NCBI RefSeq assembly: GCF_964194025.1
Contig: NC_134473.1
Coordinates: forward strand, 10,726,001 to 10,790,000
Length of the DNA stretch: 64,000 bases
DNA from: Convolutriloba macropyga
Taxonomy: Eukaryota
Direction of reading: 5' to 3'
Shown piece after piece: positions 1-11,038 of this stretch; positions within the stretch are counted from its first letter, which is position 1; each line of letters starts with the position of its first letter. A model generated the notes under the pieces. The model was not told the DNA's origin. It searched no databases and saw only the letters and a list, made by a program, of their open reading frames with translations. The translations under genes were made by a program, and so were the position numbers.

Positions 1-1030
1 CACTTTGTTTGCCTTTTAGAAGGAAAAATCTGAACTTAGTTCATAAGAGAATCTTATGAGACCGGGATTCAGATTCAGCCCGAGATTCAGTCGTGGGTTA
101 CGCCGAGAAAAGATTTTTCTGATCTTGTTGTGTTCGCTGAACCAATGAGAGAAGTAGGGCTGAATTCACGATTTGTTCAGGGGTAGTTCTCGCGATGAAG
201 ATCTGCGAAGTACATTCTTTGGATAGTATTTTCGGGATAATGTACAGGGGACAAAAGTTTCGTGAAACCTTCTCAAAATTATAGGGAGACAAAAACTTGT
301 TAAGTTTTGATAAACTTACAGATGAAAGCTCACTTTTTGGGTCTAATTTGTGCGGGGACAAGAACTTGTTGCTTTCTCAAATTTTTGGTGGAGGTGGAGA
401 AAAACTCGCAAAAATCTCGCAATTTTTGGGGTCTTTAGTTTTGAATTTCAAAATTAAAGTCTTAAACCCCTTTTTTTTCAGACTTCTCTCGATTTTTTAA
501 TTTGAAATTTAGAAACTAACTTGTGTGTGTGATAAAAAAAGTGCTAAGATGTTGCAAAACTGCGAGAGTAGGAGAATTGCACCCAATTTTCGGTGGTTCT
601 TATCCAAGTCTGTTTTTAATTTTGATGGTTTCATTGACCATATGTTGCCCAGACTAGTGGGTGCGCGCACAATTTTTGCGTCTGCTAGCCAAAAGAGGAG
701 TGCTTTTGACGTCAAAGTCAGCCTTAAAGGTGAAAAGAATTGCATGTTTGCACAAATTGAAGACAAAATTTGTAAAATTGACGAAAGTAATATGCGAAAG
801 GATATAGTATGTTGCGACAATCATGGAAAAAGTGTTTTCAAAATGTGCAGTAAAACAATTCATATACATGAGTGAAGATAGCACAGTTTAACTTGAGAGA
901 AAATTGCGTAATTTTTCTATCAAATATAGTCAACTGTGGACAGTTTTATGAAAAAGCTGCACTAAAAAGAATTGAGCTGCGTAAAAAGTTGTGCTTTTTA
1001 ATTAAAGTAAAGCAAGGCTGTTAAACTGTC
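1..1030 (+). repeat. Copy of the ~1.5-kb repeat family (Polinton target)
   Basis: Alignable by eye to 23287-24557. Confidence 0.85.
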
Positions 1031-1227
1031 AGTAGTAAAGGAAAGTGACTAGAACCTCAACGGGGGGGGGGGGCGGACAATTTATGCAACGCACATCTAC
1101 AACGGGGTGGGACATTTTGAGGTGGCCATCTACAACGCGGTGGGACTTTTTGAGGTGGCCATCTACAACGGGGTGGGACAATTGGAATTTTTTAAAATGT
1201 GGTAAAATGTCCCCCCCCCACTTTTTT
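1031..1227 (+). repeat. Left terminal inverted repeat with three 33-bp-spaced CATCTACAACG(G/C)GGTGGGAC subrepeats
   Basis: Matches the reverse complement of 22934-23058; subrepeats start at 1094, 1127 and 1160. Confidence 0.92.
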
Positions 1228-1228
1228 T

Positions 1229-1400
1229 ACATATATACATACATATACACAATACATACATATGTATGTATGTATGTATGAATGTATGTATGTATGTATG
1301 TATTTATGTTTGTGTGTATTGTAGTATGCATGTATGAATGTATTTATGTATGTATATGTATGCATGTATGTGTATGTGAGTATCTTTATATGTATGTATG
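1229..1400. repeat. (TACA)n/(TATG)n microsatellite running into an assembly gap (N 1401-1821)
   Basis: Directly visible. Confidence 0.9.
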
Positions 1401-2034
1401 NNNNNNNNNNNNNNNNNNNNNNNNNNNNNNNNNNNNNNNNNNNNNNNNNNNNNNNNNNNNNNNNNNNNNNNNNNNNNNNNNNNNNNNNNNNNNNNNNNNN
1501 NNNNNNNNNNNNNNNNNNNNNNNNNNNNNNNNNNNNNNNNNNNNNNNNNNNNNNNNNNNNNNNNNNNNNNNNNNNNNNNNNNNNNNNNNNNNNNNNNNNN
1601 NNNNNNNNNNNNNNNNNNNNNNNNNNNNNNNNNNNNNNNNNNNNNNNNNNNNNNNNNNNNNNNNNNNNNNNNNNNNNNNNNNNNNNNNNNNNNNNNNNNN
1701 NNNNNNNNNNNNNNNNNNNNNNNNNNNNNNNNNNNNNNNNNNNNNNNNNNNNNNNNNNNNNNNNNNNNNNNNNNNNNNNNNNNNNNNNNNNNNNNNNNNN
1801 NNNNNNNNNNNNNNNNNNNNNAGAGTTGTACAAGAAAACAAGTTTTTACCTAAGTATGTACACAATTATGGCCATAATCACTTATGTCCATAAATGCATA
1901 CATAAATTGGTGAAAACAACAGTAAAACAACTAACCTGTTAGTAGATGTATAAAATCATTAATGATATATCAATTGGAGAGTCATCAGATCATGCCCAAA
2001 CATGTTCAGGGTCACGAAACTTTCCAAAATAAAT

Positions 2035-2127
2035 TGACCAATCGGAGTGCTTGATTTATTATTCAAGTTGACAACCAATCAGAATTGAAAGATTTATAAA
2101 CAAAAACTCTAAACGCTCACGTTCAGT
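2035..2127 (+). promoter_or_regulatory. Putative Pol II promoter of the left Polinton gene block
   Basis: Two CCAATC boxes (~2038, ~2075), TATAAA 2095-2100, Inr-like TCAGT 2123-2127 about 30 nt downstream, ATG at 2140. Confidence 0.6.
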
Positions 2128-2139
2128 AAACAGTAAATA

Positions 2140-2562
2140 ATGAACACAATAGGAACAAAAGACATCAAGCTCATTCATGAGAAATTTTTATCACTGAGAG
2201 GTAACATAAATTGTACACACATATCTTATCGACAATTATATATCGTAGCTGCTTGTTCTTTGTTAGATCCAGAAGTTGACGGAGAAATAGCACCTAAATT
2301 TAGACCCTATGGTGGTTTTATCGGAATTGATAATTCAAGACTAGATCCTTTATTGAAACGGAGCAAAGTGCTACAACTTCATGCTGCATTGCATGACGCC
2401 GCTGGATTTATAAAAGATTGCCGAAACAAAGGCCCTGGATATGTTTACGCTTTCCGTTACTCACCAGTAGACAATTGTCTTTTTGGACACCTGACAGGAA
2501 TATTATTCATTCTATCAGTGAAAATTTTTCATTCACAATTGTTTCGTGAATTGGAATGCTAG
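2140..2562 (+). CDS. Phospholipase A2-like protein (viral PLA2-type)
   Basis: LHAALHDAAG helix with His-Asp dyad preceded by PYGGFIG; PLA2-like genes are common in Polintons/adintoviruses. Confidence 0.55.
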   Translation: MNTIGTKDIKLIHEKFLSLRGNINCTHISYRQLYIVAACSLLDPEVDGEIAPKFRPYGGFIGIDNSRLDPLLKRSKVLQLHAALHDAAGFIKDCRNKGPGYVYAFRYSPVDNCLFGHLTGILFILSVKIFHSQLFRELEC

Positions 2563-3152
2563 AAAATTTTGGCAGCAAAACTACAAATATAATTGTCCTC
2601 GATCTCGAAGGTTTCAAACTCAAGTCACTTGGTTTCATTATAAAAGAACTCAGTTTGTGTTCGAGTTACAACGATACAATATTTTTCAAACCACCGCTTA
2701 AATTCGCTGATTTACCCGCACACGATAGACAAACTGTTATTTGGCTGACCAATAACCTACACGGTCTTGATTGGGACGAAGGTGATATACCTTACTGTGA
2801 GTTGAAAACAATCTGTCTGAGTTTCAGTTTCCGATTCAAACGGAAAAATTTTTTTGCCAAAGGCATTAAAAAGTGTGAGCTCCTCAGTAAGCTTTTACAG
2901 AAAACTGTTTATAATCTGGAGGATCTAAATTGTCCCCGAATCTCAGAGATAATATCAGAAGAACAAGTTCCCTCCTGTTATCTTCATTCAAACTTTCGTT
3001 CAACAAACGATCAATTATCAAATCACTGCGCGGAACGTAAAGCAAGAATTTTTTCACAGTGGGCACAAAGTGATGCACAGAGAAGACACGGCAACTTTAA
3101 CAACTTATCTGTCAGACAACTTGAAGATATTCACTTGCTTGACTCCACTTGA
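2556..3152 (+). CDS. DEDD-like (DnaQ-fold) 3'-5' exonuclease-like Maverick protein
   Basis: IVLDLEGF...IKEL, HGLDWDEG, KG, C-terminal C..H...HCA pattern. Confidence 0.65.
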   Translation: MLENFGSKTTNIIVLDLEGFKLKSLGFIIKELSLCSSYNDTIFFKPPLKFADLPAHDRQTVIWLTNNLHGLDWDEGDIPYCELKTICLSFSFRFKRKNFFAKGIKKCELLSKLLQKTVYNLEDLNCPRISEIISEEQVPSCYLHSNFRSTNDQLSNHCAERKARIFSQWAQSDAQRRHGNFNNLSVRQLEDIHLLDST

Positions 3153-3462
3153 CGATCAGCCGATTGTAATATTCAACAGAGTACAGGATCCCTCTCCACC
3201 AATACAGAGTAATTTTTTAAGTGATCAACAGAACCGAGCGAACTATCTCAACAATAAGCCAAACACAGCACAACAATCGCGTTACAACGCGCTTTATAGC
3301 GCAGCAGCGAAACGTTATTTTGCAACCATTACTCTTTCTCCCGACGAGCTAGACAGCTTTAGGGCTTTCCTGCCCGTGATAGATAATTTCTATCACTTCC
3401 AACTGTACGTAAAAAATAAACAGAGCTCGAGAACGTCGGAATCAGTTCAATTATGGCTATGA
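3070..3462 (+). CDS. Hypothetical Polinton protein
   Basis: 130-aa ORF in a tightly packed co-directional gene block. Confidence 0.45.
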   Translation: MMHREDTATLTTYLSDNLKIFTCLTPLDDQPIVIFNRVQDPSPPIQSNFLSDQQNRANYLNNKPNTAQQSRYNALYSAAAKRYFATITLSPDELDSFRAFLPVIDNFYHFQLYVKNKQSSRTSESVQLWL

Positions 3463-3758
3463 ATAAAACAAACCAGAAGCCTATGCAGTCCCCCAAAGAG
3501 CAGCGAATCCCACGTTGGAAGCAATGGGCGGACAAAAAAGTTCCTCAATTTAGATTGAAAAAAACACCACCAGAACGTAAGCTATCACTTAATGAGATGC
3601 CGAATGAGATGCGGTTATATGTCTTGGAGCACCCCGGAGTTGAAAAAGTCTTCAATCAACCCTCGTTCGAGGAAAATGACTCAACCGTTTGTTATAAACT
3701 AGAGATAAAAAGTCGTATTAAAGGTTTCAATTTGTTTGAGTTCTGGTACATGAAATAG
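3453..3758 (+). CDS. Hypothetical Polinton protein
   Basis: 101-aa ORF overlapping the upstream stop; AATAAA at ~3769. Confidence 0.45.
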   Translation: MAMNKTNQKPMQSPKEQRIPRWKQWADKKVPQFRLKKTPPERKLSLNEMPNEMRLYVLEHPGVEKVFNQPSFEENDSTVCYKLEIKSRIKGFNLFEFWYMK

Positions 3759-3838
3759 TTGCCCAGTAAATAAATCAAAAATTTAACATTTTATATCATC
3801 CTTGTTTCAATTCACTTTTCAATTAATTATTTTTCTCA

Positions 3839-4108
3839 ATGAATCGAAGAGACGAGGCTGACGCTGGTATCAGTAATTTAGTCTTTGATGTGAACAACAA
3901 GGAGAGGCCCCCATGGCGTTGTTGTTCAAATTCAACAGTGCCAAGGTCCGAAGTAATATTTTTTGTTCAAGTGAGTATCATTGTCTTAATGATCATTCTT
4001 TGCTTCTCTATGCTCTTTCTATTATCAGAAAGCTGTGAAGAGAAACCAATTTGGATAGCTCTCTTATCGAGTTTAGTTGGTTACATTTTACCTAATCCCA
4101 AACTATGA
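3839..4108 (+). CDS. Small two-TM membrane protein
   Basis: WRCC...FFVQ hydrophobic helix...WIALLSSLVGYILPNP; ATGA overlap with the ATPase start. Confidence 0.7.
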   Translation: MNRRDEADAGISNLVFDVNNKERPPWRCCSNSTVPRSEVIFFVQVSIIVLMIILCFSMLFLLSESCEEKPIWIALLSSLVGYILPNPKL

Positions 4109-4793
4109 ACAAAGTTATTCTTACACATGACAGGGTATTCATGTCAATTGTAGGACCAAGTGGTTGTGGTAAAACAGAACTCTTGTTTCGAATGCTAAAC
4201 GGTTCGACCTTTTATCCACGTTTTGAAAAATTTTATTATTTTTACAAAGAGTTCAAACCACTTTTCAAAGATATATGCAACGAGTTATACCAGGGATTGA
4301 GTTTCTAAAATACTCAGGCTTTGATATAAAAAAAAGGCTATCGCATTGTCTGCTTATCTATGACGATTCATGTGAAGAAATCTTCAACGATAAAGAATTT
4401 GTAAAAATAGCTACCTCAGGACGTCATTGCAAATTACATGTTATATACGTCAAGCATAATTTGTTCCATCAAAGCAAATGGTCCAGAACCATTGATCTGA
4501 ATACAACACACATAATATTATTCAAGTCGCTTCGTGACATTCAACAAATTGAATATCTTGGAAAACAGTTGAATTATCTCCAACTGATTAAAGAAGCATA
4601 CAAACTAGCAACTGCGGAGCCCTTTGGACATTTGATGATTGATCTCGACCCAAAAACCAGTCAGGGTTTACGTTTTTCATCGCAACTAATTGGACCGGAT
4701 CCTTCTATTTTTTACATTTTGTCCCCTGAAGCAGTCATTACAATTACAAATGAAAAAGAAACATTTGCTTATGCTCAAGCAATGGGCAAATAA
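4105..4793 (+). pseudogene. A32/FtsK-like DNA packaging ATPase, frameshift near 4270
   Basis: Walker A GPSGCGKT; Walker B LLIYDD; SGRH and HNLF motifs in the second frame. Confidence 0.93.
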
Positions 4794-5040
4794 GAGGAAT
4801 GAGAACACAGCTCAAATAGAAATATTACATCAGGGCGATTTCATTTGGTTCTTGAGTGACTGTGTGATGAACGTACTCTCTGGAGTTGTACCAATCAATA
4901 AAAATGAATTAAAAAATTTCGAGAAACCACTACGTAAACTTGCAGACAGGCGAGTTGAAAAAAGAGAGAATCAAAATTTTTCGATCAGATTCTGAAATCC
5001 GTCTAATTAAACTGATTGCGTTACCTTGTATTGCTTTTCT
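4771..5040 (+). pseudogene. Small conserved Maverick protein (NVLxGxVP family), frameshifted
   Basis: LSDCVMNVLSGVVPI...LRKLA resembles a recurrent Maverick small ORF; end coordinate approximate. Confidence 0.55.
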
Positions 5041-5048
5041 GGAGCAAA

Positions 5049-5760
5049 ATGCACACTGAAGAGTTTGTGCTATTTCCTCGTCAAATGTATGCGAATGAAC
5101 AACCTCAAATTGCTCAACTTCTCAACAATAAAAATGTCCGAGAGAAAGCAAAACAAATATCAGTGTTGCAAAGAAGCAAGTCTCCACCAGCACCTTCTAC
5201 CACGCAACAAGACACGCAACAGCAGACAGATAATATTTTGGAGAATGTCAAAGATGAGCTGAATGAGACTAGAGATGACAAAATTGATACAAAAGTTTCA
5301 ACTGAAATCAGGGAGCGAGTTTTGAGAGATATTAAACACTTTGACAGAAAAAGTTTGAAAAAGCGAGCATAATATTGGAAAAATAGAAGAGTCAGAAACT
5401 CTATCGTTGGATCAAACATCAAGACTAATGGTTAATAAGTCAAGAACGGGAGTTCTTGTCGCAGATTTTCTTTACGATCTACAACAAACCACATCTAAGC
5501 TTTCACTCGAACATTACAAAGTGCTGACCTTTCTAGATATCAGTTCACAATTAACTTGTAATACATACGCAAAAAAATTTCTTGCCTTATCACTAAACGA
5601 AAAGTTACAGTTGTTTGAGGATGAACCAGAAAACGAAGAATCAGGAGTCTCGAGAACAGAAGAATCAAAAGCTTCTGGCGACGATGAAAGAAGCTTTGAA
5701 GATGCAAAAGACGAAATCCAACCGTCTAGCTCGTGGACAAATTACTTCCTCTCACGTTAA
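5049..5760 (+). pseudogene. Maverick ORF upstream of the integrase, disrupted
   Basis: Two consecutive ORF fragments (EEFVLFP...; DFLYDLQ) occupying the usual pre-integrase position. Confidence 0.5.
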
Positions 5761-6661
5761 ACAATTGAACAAATTATACACAAAAGGTAGTGCAGCTTTT
5801 GGTAGCATTGCTAACTTGAAGAAAGCCAGTGGTTTACCAAGATCCAAAGTGGTTCAATACCTTCAGTCGAAAGCCCCATACACAATATACAGACAATTCA
5901 GAAAAACTTTTCCGAGACTAAAAGCTGTTGCATACAGAATAAACGAAATCTGGTCTGTCGATTTGGCGTATATAGATAAAATTGCCCAACACAACAATGG
6001 AGTCACATATTTACTGGTGGCTGTTGATGTTTTATCGCGATACCTACGAGTGCAACCGATAAAGGCTTTATATGCAAAAGACGCTGTTGAAGCGTTCAAA
6101 AAAATGATCAAACAGAAAAACCAGAAAGGGTTTGGACAGACAAGGGATCCGAGTTTAAAGGTGAATTCAAAAAATTTTGTGAAAAGAAGGAGATTCATTT
6201 ATATACAACCGAAAACGAAACCAAGTCGGCATTTGCTGAGAGGAATATTCGATCGCTCAAAAACATTATTCTCAAATACCTGGAGGAAAATTGGACTTGG
6301 ACTTATATTAAGCAATTGCCCCAGTTTGTAAATACTATAAACAGTCGTGTTAATCGTGTTACCCAACTTGCGCCTAATAAAACTTTCAAAAAACATGAAC
6401 CGTTTCTAATATCCCTAGCAATTAGCACAAAAAAGTACAAGCCAAAATACGAAGAAGGAGACCTGGTTCGGATTGCAAAGCCAGACGAAACATTTAGGAA
6501 AGGTTATAAACAAAATTACAGACGAAGTCTTCACAGTATTCAAGGTTGCCACCCTTAGTCCACCAACATACAACCTTATAGACGCAAACAACGTTATAAT
6601 TGAAGGTAAATTTTATGAACCAGAATTAGTCCAAGTGAACGTCATTCCTGTCGAAGATTAA
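5615..6661 (+). pseudogene. Retroviral-like (rve) c-integrase, two frameshifts
   Basis: WSVDL, VDVLSR, TDKGSEF, AERNIRSLK (DDE triad), FRKGY..., GKFYEPEL; no chromodomain follows. Confidence 0.95.
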
Positions 6662-6663
6662 AC

Positions 6664-7500
6664 ATGAGTATTAATAAAGAATTTACTATTGATTTGATAT
6701 TGAATGCATCAATGGAAATTTTTACCAATAATACTATGGCCAAGTTTCGAAATCAGCTCGCCCAATCATTACAGTTAGATGGAGATTGGCAGGTTGCCCT
6801 TGCTTCAATATCATTTCCATCAAACATCAACATTATAAACTCAGCCGAAATAGTTGCATATGTCAGTTCTGGCGCTGAACTTGATGCTTCACATAACCGC
6901 ACTGGACAACTTCGAAGAATTCGCAAAGGTATATACAACAGTTCAGAAGAGCTTCTGGAAGAAATTTTTCGAATCGCTCAATTGAAAAACTTTGACTATG
7001 ATTTTGACACTGTAACGCAAAAGTTAGTTTTGAAATTTGGGCCTAACGAAGGTTTGTCATTTGAAGATGAAGAAGTCCCCAGTATTCTTGGTTTTAAGGG
7101 AATAAGAGATATTTCGAATCCTGGTTTTATTCACATTGGTTAAAAGTGAGAAAAAGCAGGCAACACTTTGAACAGACATGTTGGAGATTTTCCAGTTGAT
7201 ATCACTTGCGGATCACAGCTAATATTTGTATACATTGATATAATTGAACATCAAAACGTTGGTGATGTGAGAGCTCCGGTAATAAAAATCATTGAGTCTG
7301 AAAGACGTTTGAGAAACGGTAGCATAAACACAGTGACACCCATACACCATAAGTCTTACACAAATTTGGATTACAAGCCAATATTATCAAACAATATTCA
7401 GAACATCCAGGTAGAGTTGAGAAACGAAACTGGAAAACTAATTCCTTTTACTGGTACTGGAAAAGTTATAGTCAGTTTAAAATTTCAAAAGGTTTTTTGA
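6664..7500 (+). pseudogene. Minor capsid protein (penton-like), in-frame stops at 7141 and 7147
   Basis: NT...FRNQL...L.GDWQVALASISFP; IFVYIDIIE.Q.VGD..AP; both ORF halves are in the same frame. Confidence 0.9.
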
Positions 7501-7501
7501 A

Positions 7502-7957
7502 ATGGAGGCATACTACAGCAATCAAGCATCTCAATCAATGCCGCATTTTTCCGGACACTACAGACAAAGAGGCAGCGGTTTTGGAGCCCTTGCTGCAGGT
7601 ATTGGAAGAGTTGCTCTGCCATTAGCACGCAAATTTCTCTGGCCCGCAGCAAAAAAGATTGGTCGTGATTTATTGGTTCAGGGGGCACCGGAGTCAGTAG
7701 AAGTTGCAACCAAAAGAAAGTCAGCAAAACAAGCACTGAAAAGTACAGTAGCCAAAACAGCTCGCAAAGAAATAGGTGGATCTCTTCAATCACGTATTGC
7801 ATCAGGCCGTAAAATAATTAGACGAAAAAGACGACAATACACGAGACCTCGTTCAAACCAAAAACGAAAAATCTCAACCAGAAGAATCATTTCTCGAAAA
7901 CCCCGTGCGAAAAGGAGTCGTCTGGATTTTTTCTCGCGAGTGAAAAATGCGAACTAA
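7502..7957 (+). CDS. Arg/Lys-rich virion core-like protein
   Basis: YY.NQ...F.G..RQRGSGFG motif typical of Mavericks, amphipathic helix, highly basic C-terminus. Confidence 0.8.
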   Translation: MEAYYSNQASQSMPHFSGHYRQRGSGFGALAAGIGRVALPLARKFLWPAAKKIGRDLLVQGAPESVEVATKRKSAKQALKSTVAKTARKEIGGSLQSRIASGRKIIRRKRRQYTRPRSNQKRKISTRRIISRKPRAKRSRLDFFSRVKNAN

Positions 7958-9258
7958 TATTGTGATACCATCTGAAGCCACTCACAGTTCTTTAGACTTA
8001 TTTGAAAAACCACCTTTGCTGGTAACATTTGATCAATCATTCGAGCAAAAAACAGGACCGCTTTATTCGCCTTCAGGATCATCATTGGAATTTGAAGTTG
8101 TTCGTGATCGCAACAATTTTATTGACTTGCAAAAAATTTACCTGGAGATCAAGTGTCAAATACTTCAAACAGTTGGAACGGATTTGCGCTACACAGCTGG
8201 TGACGCTAATGCCAGTGATCTTCCATATTTTGCTAATAATATCCTGCATTCACTTTTCGCCGACTGTACTGTTTCTGCAAATGGTATCAAAATTTCAACA
8301 GCTAATGGACACTATGCACACAAAAGTTTCATAGAAACTGAATTCTCTCATGGGACAGACGCAAAGAAAACATGGCTGAAATGTCAGGGTTACGAGTATG
8401 AAGAAAACCCCGGCACTATTCCAGCAGCAATATCAGATATAAGAAAAAGAACAGTGCGACAATCCGCACGCATAACATTATATGGAAAGTTGGCGGTTGA
8501 TTTCTTTTCATGTGAGAAACATTTGGTTAGTGGAGTTACGTTACGCATTTCAATGAGAAGATCTCAAGATGACTTTGCCGTCATCAGCGAAGACGCAGCG
8601 AAACAATACAAGGTTAAAATAGAAGAGGCTTATTTGTTTATCAGGAAGATGACGGTGTCAGATAATGTTGTAGATGCAATTGAGAAGACATTATTGAAAA
8701 CTCCGGCAATTTACCGATACAATGAAGTAATTACCAAAACATTCTTGGCTACAACAGGCCAACAAAGCTGGAAACATGAGGATATTTTCACTAAAGAGCC
8801 AATCAGAAGAGTCATTGTTGCATTATGCGTTGGTACAGCATTCATCGGTACCAACACCGCTAATCCATTCCATTATCAAAAATTTGGTTTAAGAGAGATA
8901 ACCATTTATCGAAATGGTTTTGCAACGGCTGGAACTCCAATGTCAACAACTGACAACAAGAGGTTGTACTACAATTCAATGAGTGCATTAGCTTATGTAG
9001 AAAATGGCCATGGAATACCTCTGAGTGAGTTCGCAAACCATTATTTAATGGTATTTGATCTGACCAGCACTCAAGAGGCAACTCATGACTTTATTCATCC
9101 TGAGCTCACAAACTCATCATTGTCTGTCGAGCTCAAGTTCGATGCAGCGTTAGCTCATAATGTTGAAATATTTTTTCTTGGGGGAAAAAGCATCTACTAT
9201 CTACATTGACTCTGCAAGAAACTCATCTAAAAACGCTCTTCCCATGATCACATACTAA
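7947..9258 (+). CDS. Major capsid protein (double jelly roll); frameshift in the homopolymer near 9180, natural stop at 9256-9258
   Basis: SSLDLF, LEF, FIDL, NNILHSLF, NPFHY, FDLT motifs; the alternative frame continues STIYIDSARN to a TAATG overlap with the protease. Confidence 0.93.
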
Positions 9259-9707
9259 TGGACGAAGACCAAATTCATCTTCAAGTGAAAAAGTGTAAAC
9301 ACCTCAAATTCAGAGGGGTTTATGCCGCTGATAATTTTCCTCTGAACTTGCAAACCAACACATTTATTATTGTTAATGCATCACGATCCAACTCTATTGG
9401 AACCCACTGGGTAGTGCTAGCTAAACGATATGCATACCCAATAATATATTTTGCGGATCCATTGGCTCTACCCTTGACTACCTACAAGGATATTTTCAAC
9501 CGTTTACAACAGTGTAAAGACTTTGAGATAATGATGGATATCATGGAACATAGAAGAGACATTCAGTCTCCATTGCAATCATCAGACTCCCAGCTTTGTG
9601 GTTTATTTTGCATATATATTGTTCATTATTTTTATAGTGAGAAATTTCCATTCATACCTGATGTAAATGAATTAGAGTTGCTAGCTTTTGTAAAACATAT
9701 GAAGTAA
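9258..9707 (+). CDS. Adenain-like cysteine protease
   Basis: GVYAAD, GTHW (His), FADP (Asp), QS..SQLCGLFC (Gln/Cys). Confidence 0.93.
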   Translation: MDEDQIHLQVKKCKHLKFRGVYAADNFPLNLQTNTFIIVNASRSNSIGTHWVVLAKRYAYPIIYFADPLALPLTTYKDIFNRLQQCKDFEIMMDIMEHRRDIQSPLQSSDSQLCGLFCIYIVHYFYSEKFPFIPDVNELELLAFVKHMK

Positions 9708-9750
9708 AAGTTAATTTAATTTTGAAACAACAACAACATTTTTTTGAGTA

Positions 9751-10437
9751 TCAATTTTTACAAAATTGAAAGGTTATGAAAGAGTTTGAGGTTTCCCGCA
9801 CAAAACTCCAGCGGCCACTAAGCAGAATATCCATTATCTGATAAAGAACTGACGAGTGTTCACCTAGCATAAGCTGGCAAAATCGTTTCATAGTTACATC
9901 AGGGACTGTAGAAGAACGTTTGTTTGCCTTAAAAGTACTAATAGATTTCGCTGTTGCCTCACTCAAGGGTGCTGGAAGTTGTTTCTGGTTCTTGGTAACT
10001 GAAGAATAAGTTGATTTTGAAAGGTACTCAACAGCAACATGTAGTCGTGAATTTATTGCACCACGTTTAACAAAGTCTTTTTGCGTAGGCTGAATAAGTA
10101 ATTTGAAACAGTTAACGAGACACGGTATCATCGCAGGTACATAAAGAGAATCGAATGTATTATCATCTTGCGAACCAAATTCATACATAACATGATAATG
10201 ATTGGAGCCAAATGTGCAACCTTCAATAACTGTTGCAGATGAATGATAACCATATCCATAATTTTCAATTGTTGTATTTTCAAGTTTTGGTTCCGTCTCA
10301 CAAATATTGTACTTGAAACGTTTTTGAAATTTCTTGAAATATTCAGGACTGTTCTCATACATTGCCTCAACCATAACGAACGAAAAATAAAAAGCTAATG
10401 AACTAACTATGAAGGCATAAACAATGACAGGAAGCAA
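9751..10437 (-). CDS. Hypothetical Polinton protein (HYH and YLSK motifs)
   Basis: 228-aa intact ORF convergent with the protease; start uncertain. Confidence 0.55.
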   Translation of the reverse strand: MLPVIVYAFIVSSLAFYFSFVMVEAMYENSPEYFKKFQKRFKYNICETEPKLENTTIENYGYGYHSSATVIEGCTFGSNHYHVMYEFGSQDDNTFDSLYVPAMIPCLVNCFKLLIQPTQKDFVKRGAINSRLHVAVEYLSKSTYSSVTKNQKQLPAPLSEATAKSISTFKANKRSSTVPDVTMKRFCQLMLGEHSSVLYQIMDILLSGRWSFVRETSNSFITFQFCKN

Positions 10438-10452
10438 AAGGTATAAGAGGAA

Positions 10453-10900
10453 TTATTCCGATTCCTCATTGACTGTTACAGATATTTTTGGTATCTTCTT
10501 TTGGCGCTGAGTCGGTGTTTTGCCGGCCCGTTTTGCTGGACGTTTCGAGTCATCAGTTAAATCTGGTTTTAGAAGTGAGTCGATCAAGCCAACTGGTTGA
10601 TCAAGCATTTTTTCTAGTTTTTCAATGTTTTGACATAGCAACCGAAACTCTCGCGCCGAAAGTAATTTTTTGATTGAAATCCCAATCGACCTGTTCACTA
10701 TCACGTTTGAACAATTTCAAGGATAAATAGGTGCCAGTGGTATGATAAGTCTTAACAGCAGCCCTAACAAGCCGTTTTTCTTTGAGCGAGAGATCCAAAT
10801 AAAAGTCGCTGTACTCAGCATCCTTAGACAAAACATTACCCATAATGTTGCATATATTGAGACAAACTGTATCAAAGTAATCTGAAATGATAAATGACAT
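10453..10900 (-). pseudogene. PC4-like ssDNA-binding protein, one frameshift near 10665
   Basis: Joining frames gives RLVRAAVKTY..GTYLSLKLFK...QKIT[L]SAREFRLLCQNIEKL, a PC4-fold pattern. Confidence 0.55.
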
Positions 10901-11038
10901 TACATAAATACATTACTGTTTATTGGAATGTAAACAATTTCAAACCCCACGCCAACATGTCTAGACAAGATAACAGCTGAACAAACAAATCCCCCCTCCC
11001 TACGCGTGTAAACAAATTTATACTCCTCTACGTCAGCT

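Noticed and set aside
98-884. ORFs within the 1.5-kb repeat (also 23444-25442)
   Set aside because: Reading frames are not preserved between repeat copies; no motifs.
1192-1942. Long ORFs spanning N runs (also at 53-55 kb and 58.8-59.2 kb)
   Set aside because: Artefacts of assembly gaps and microsatellites.
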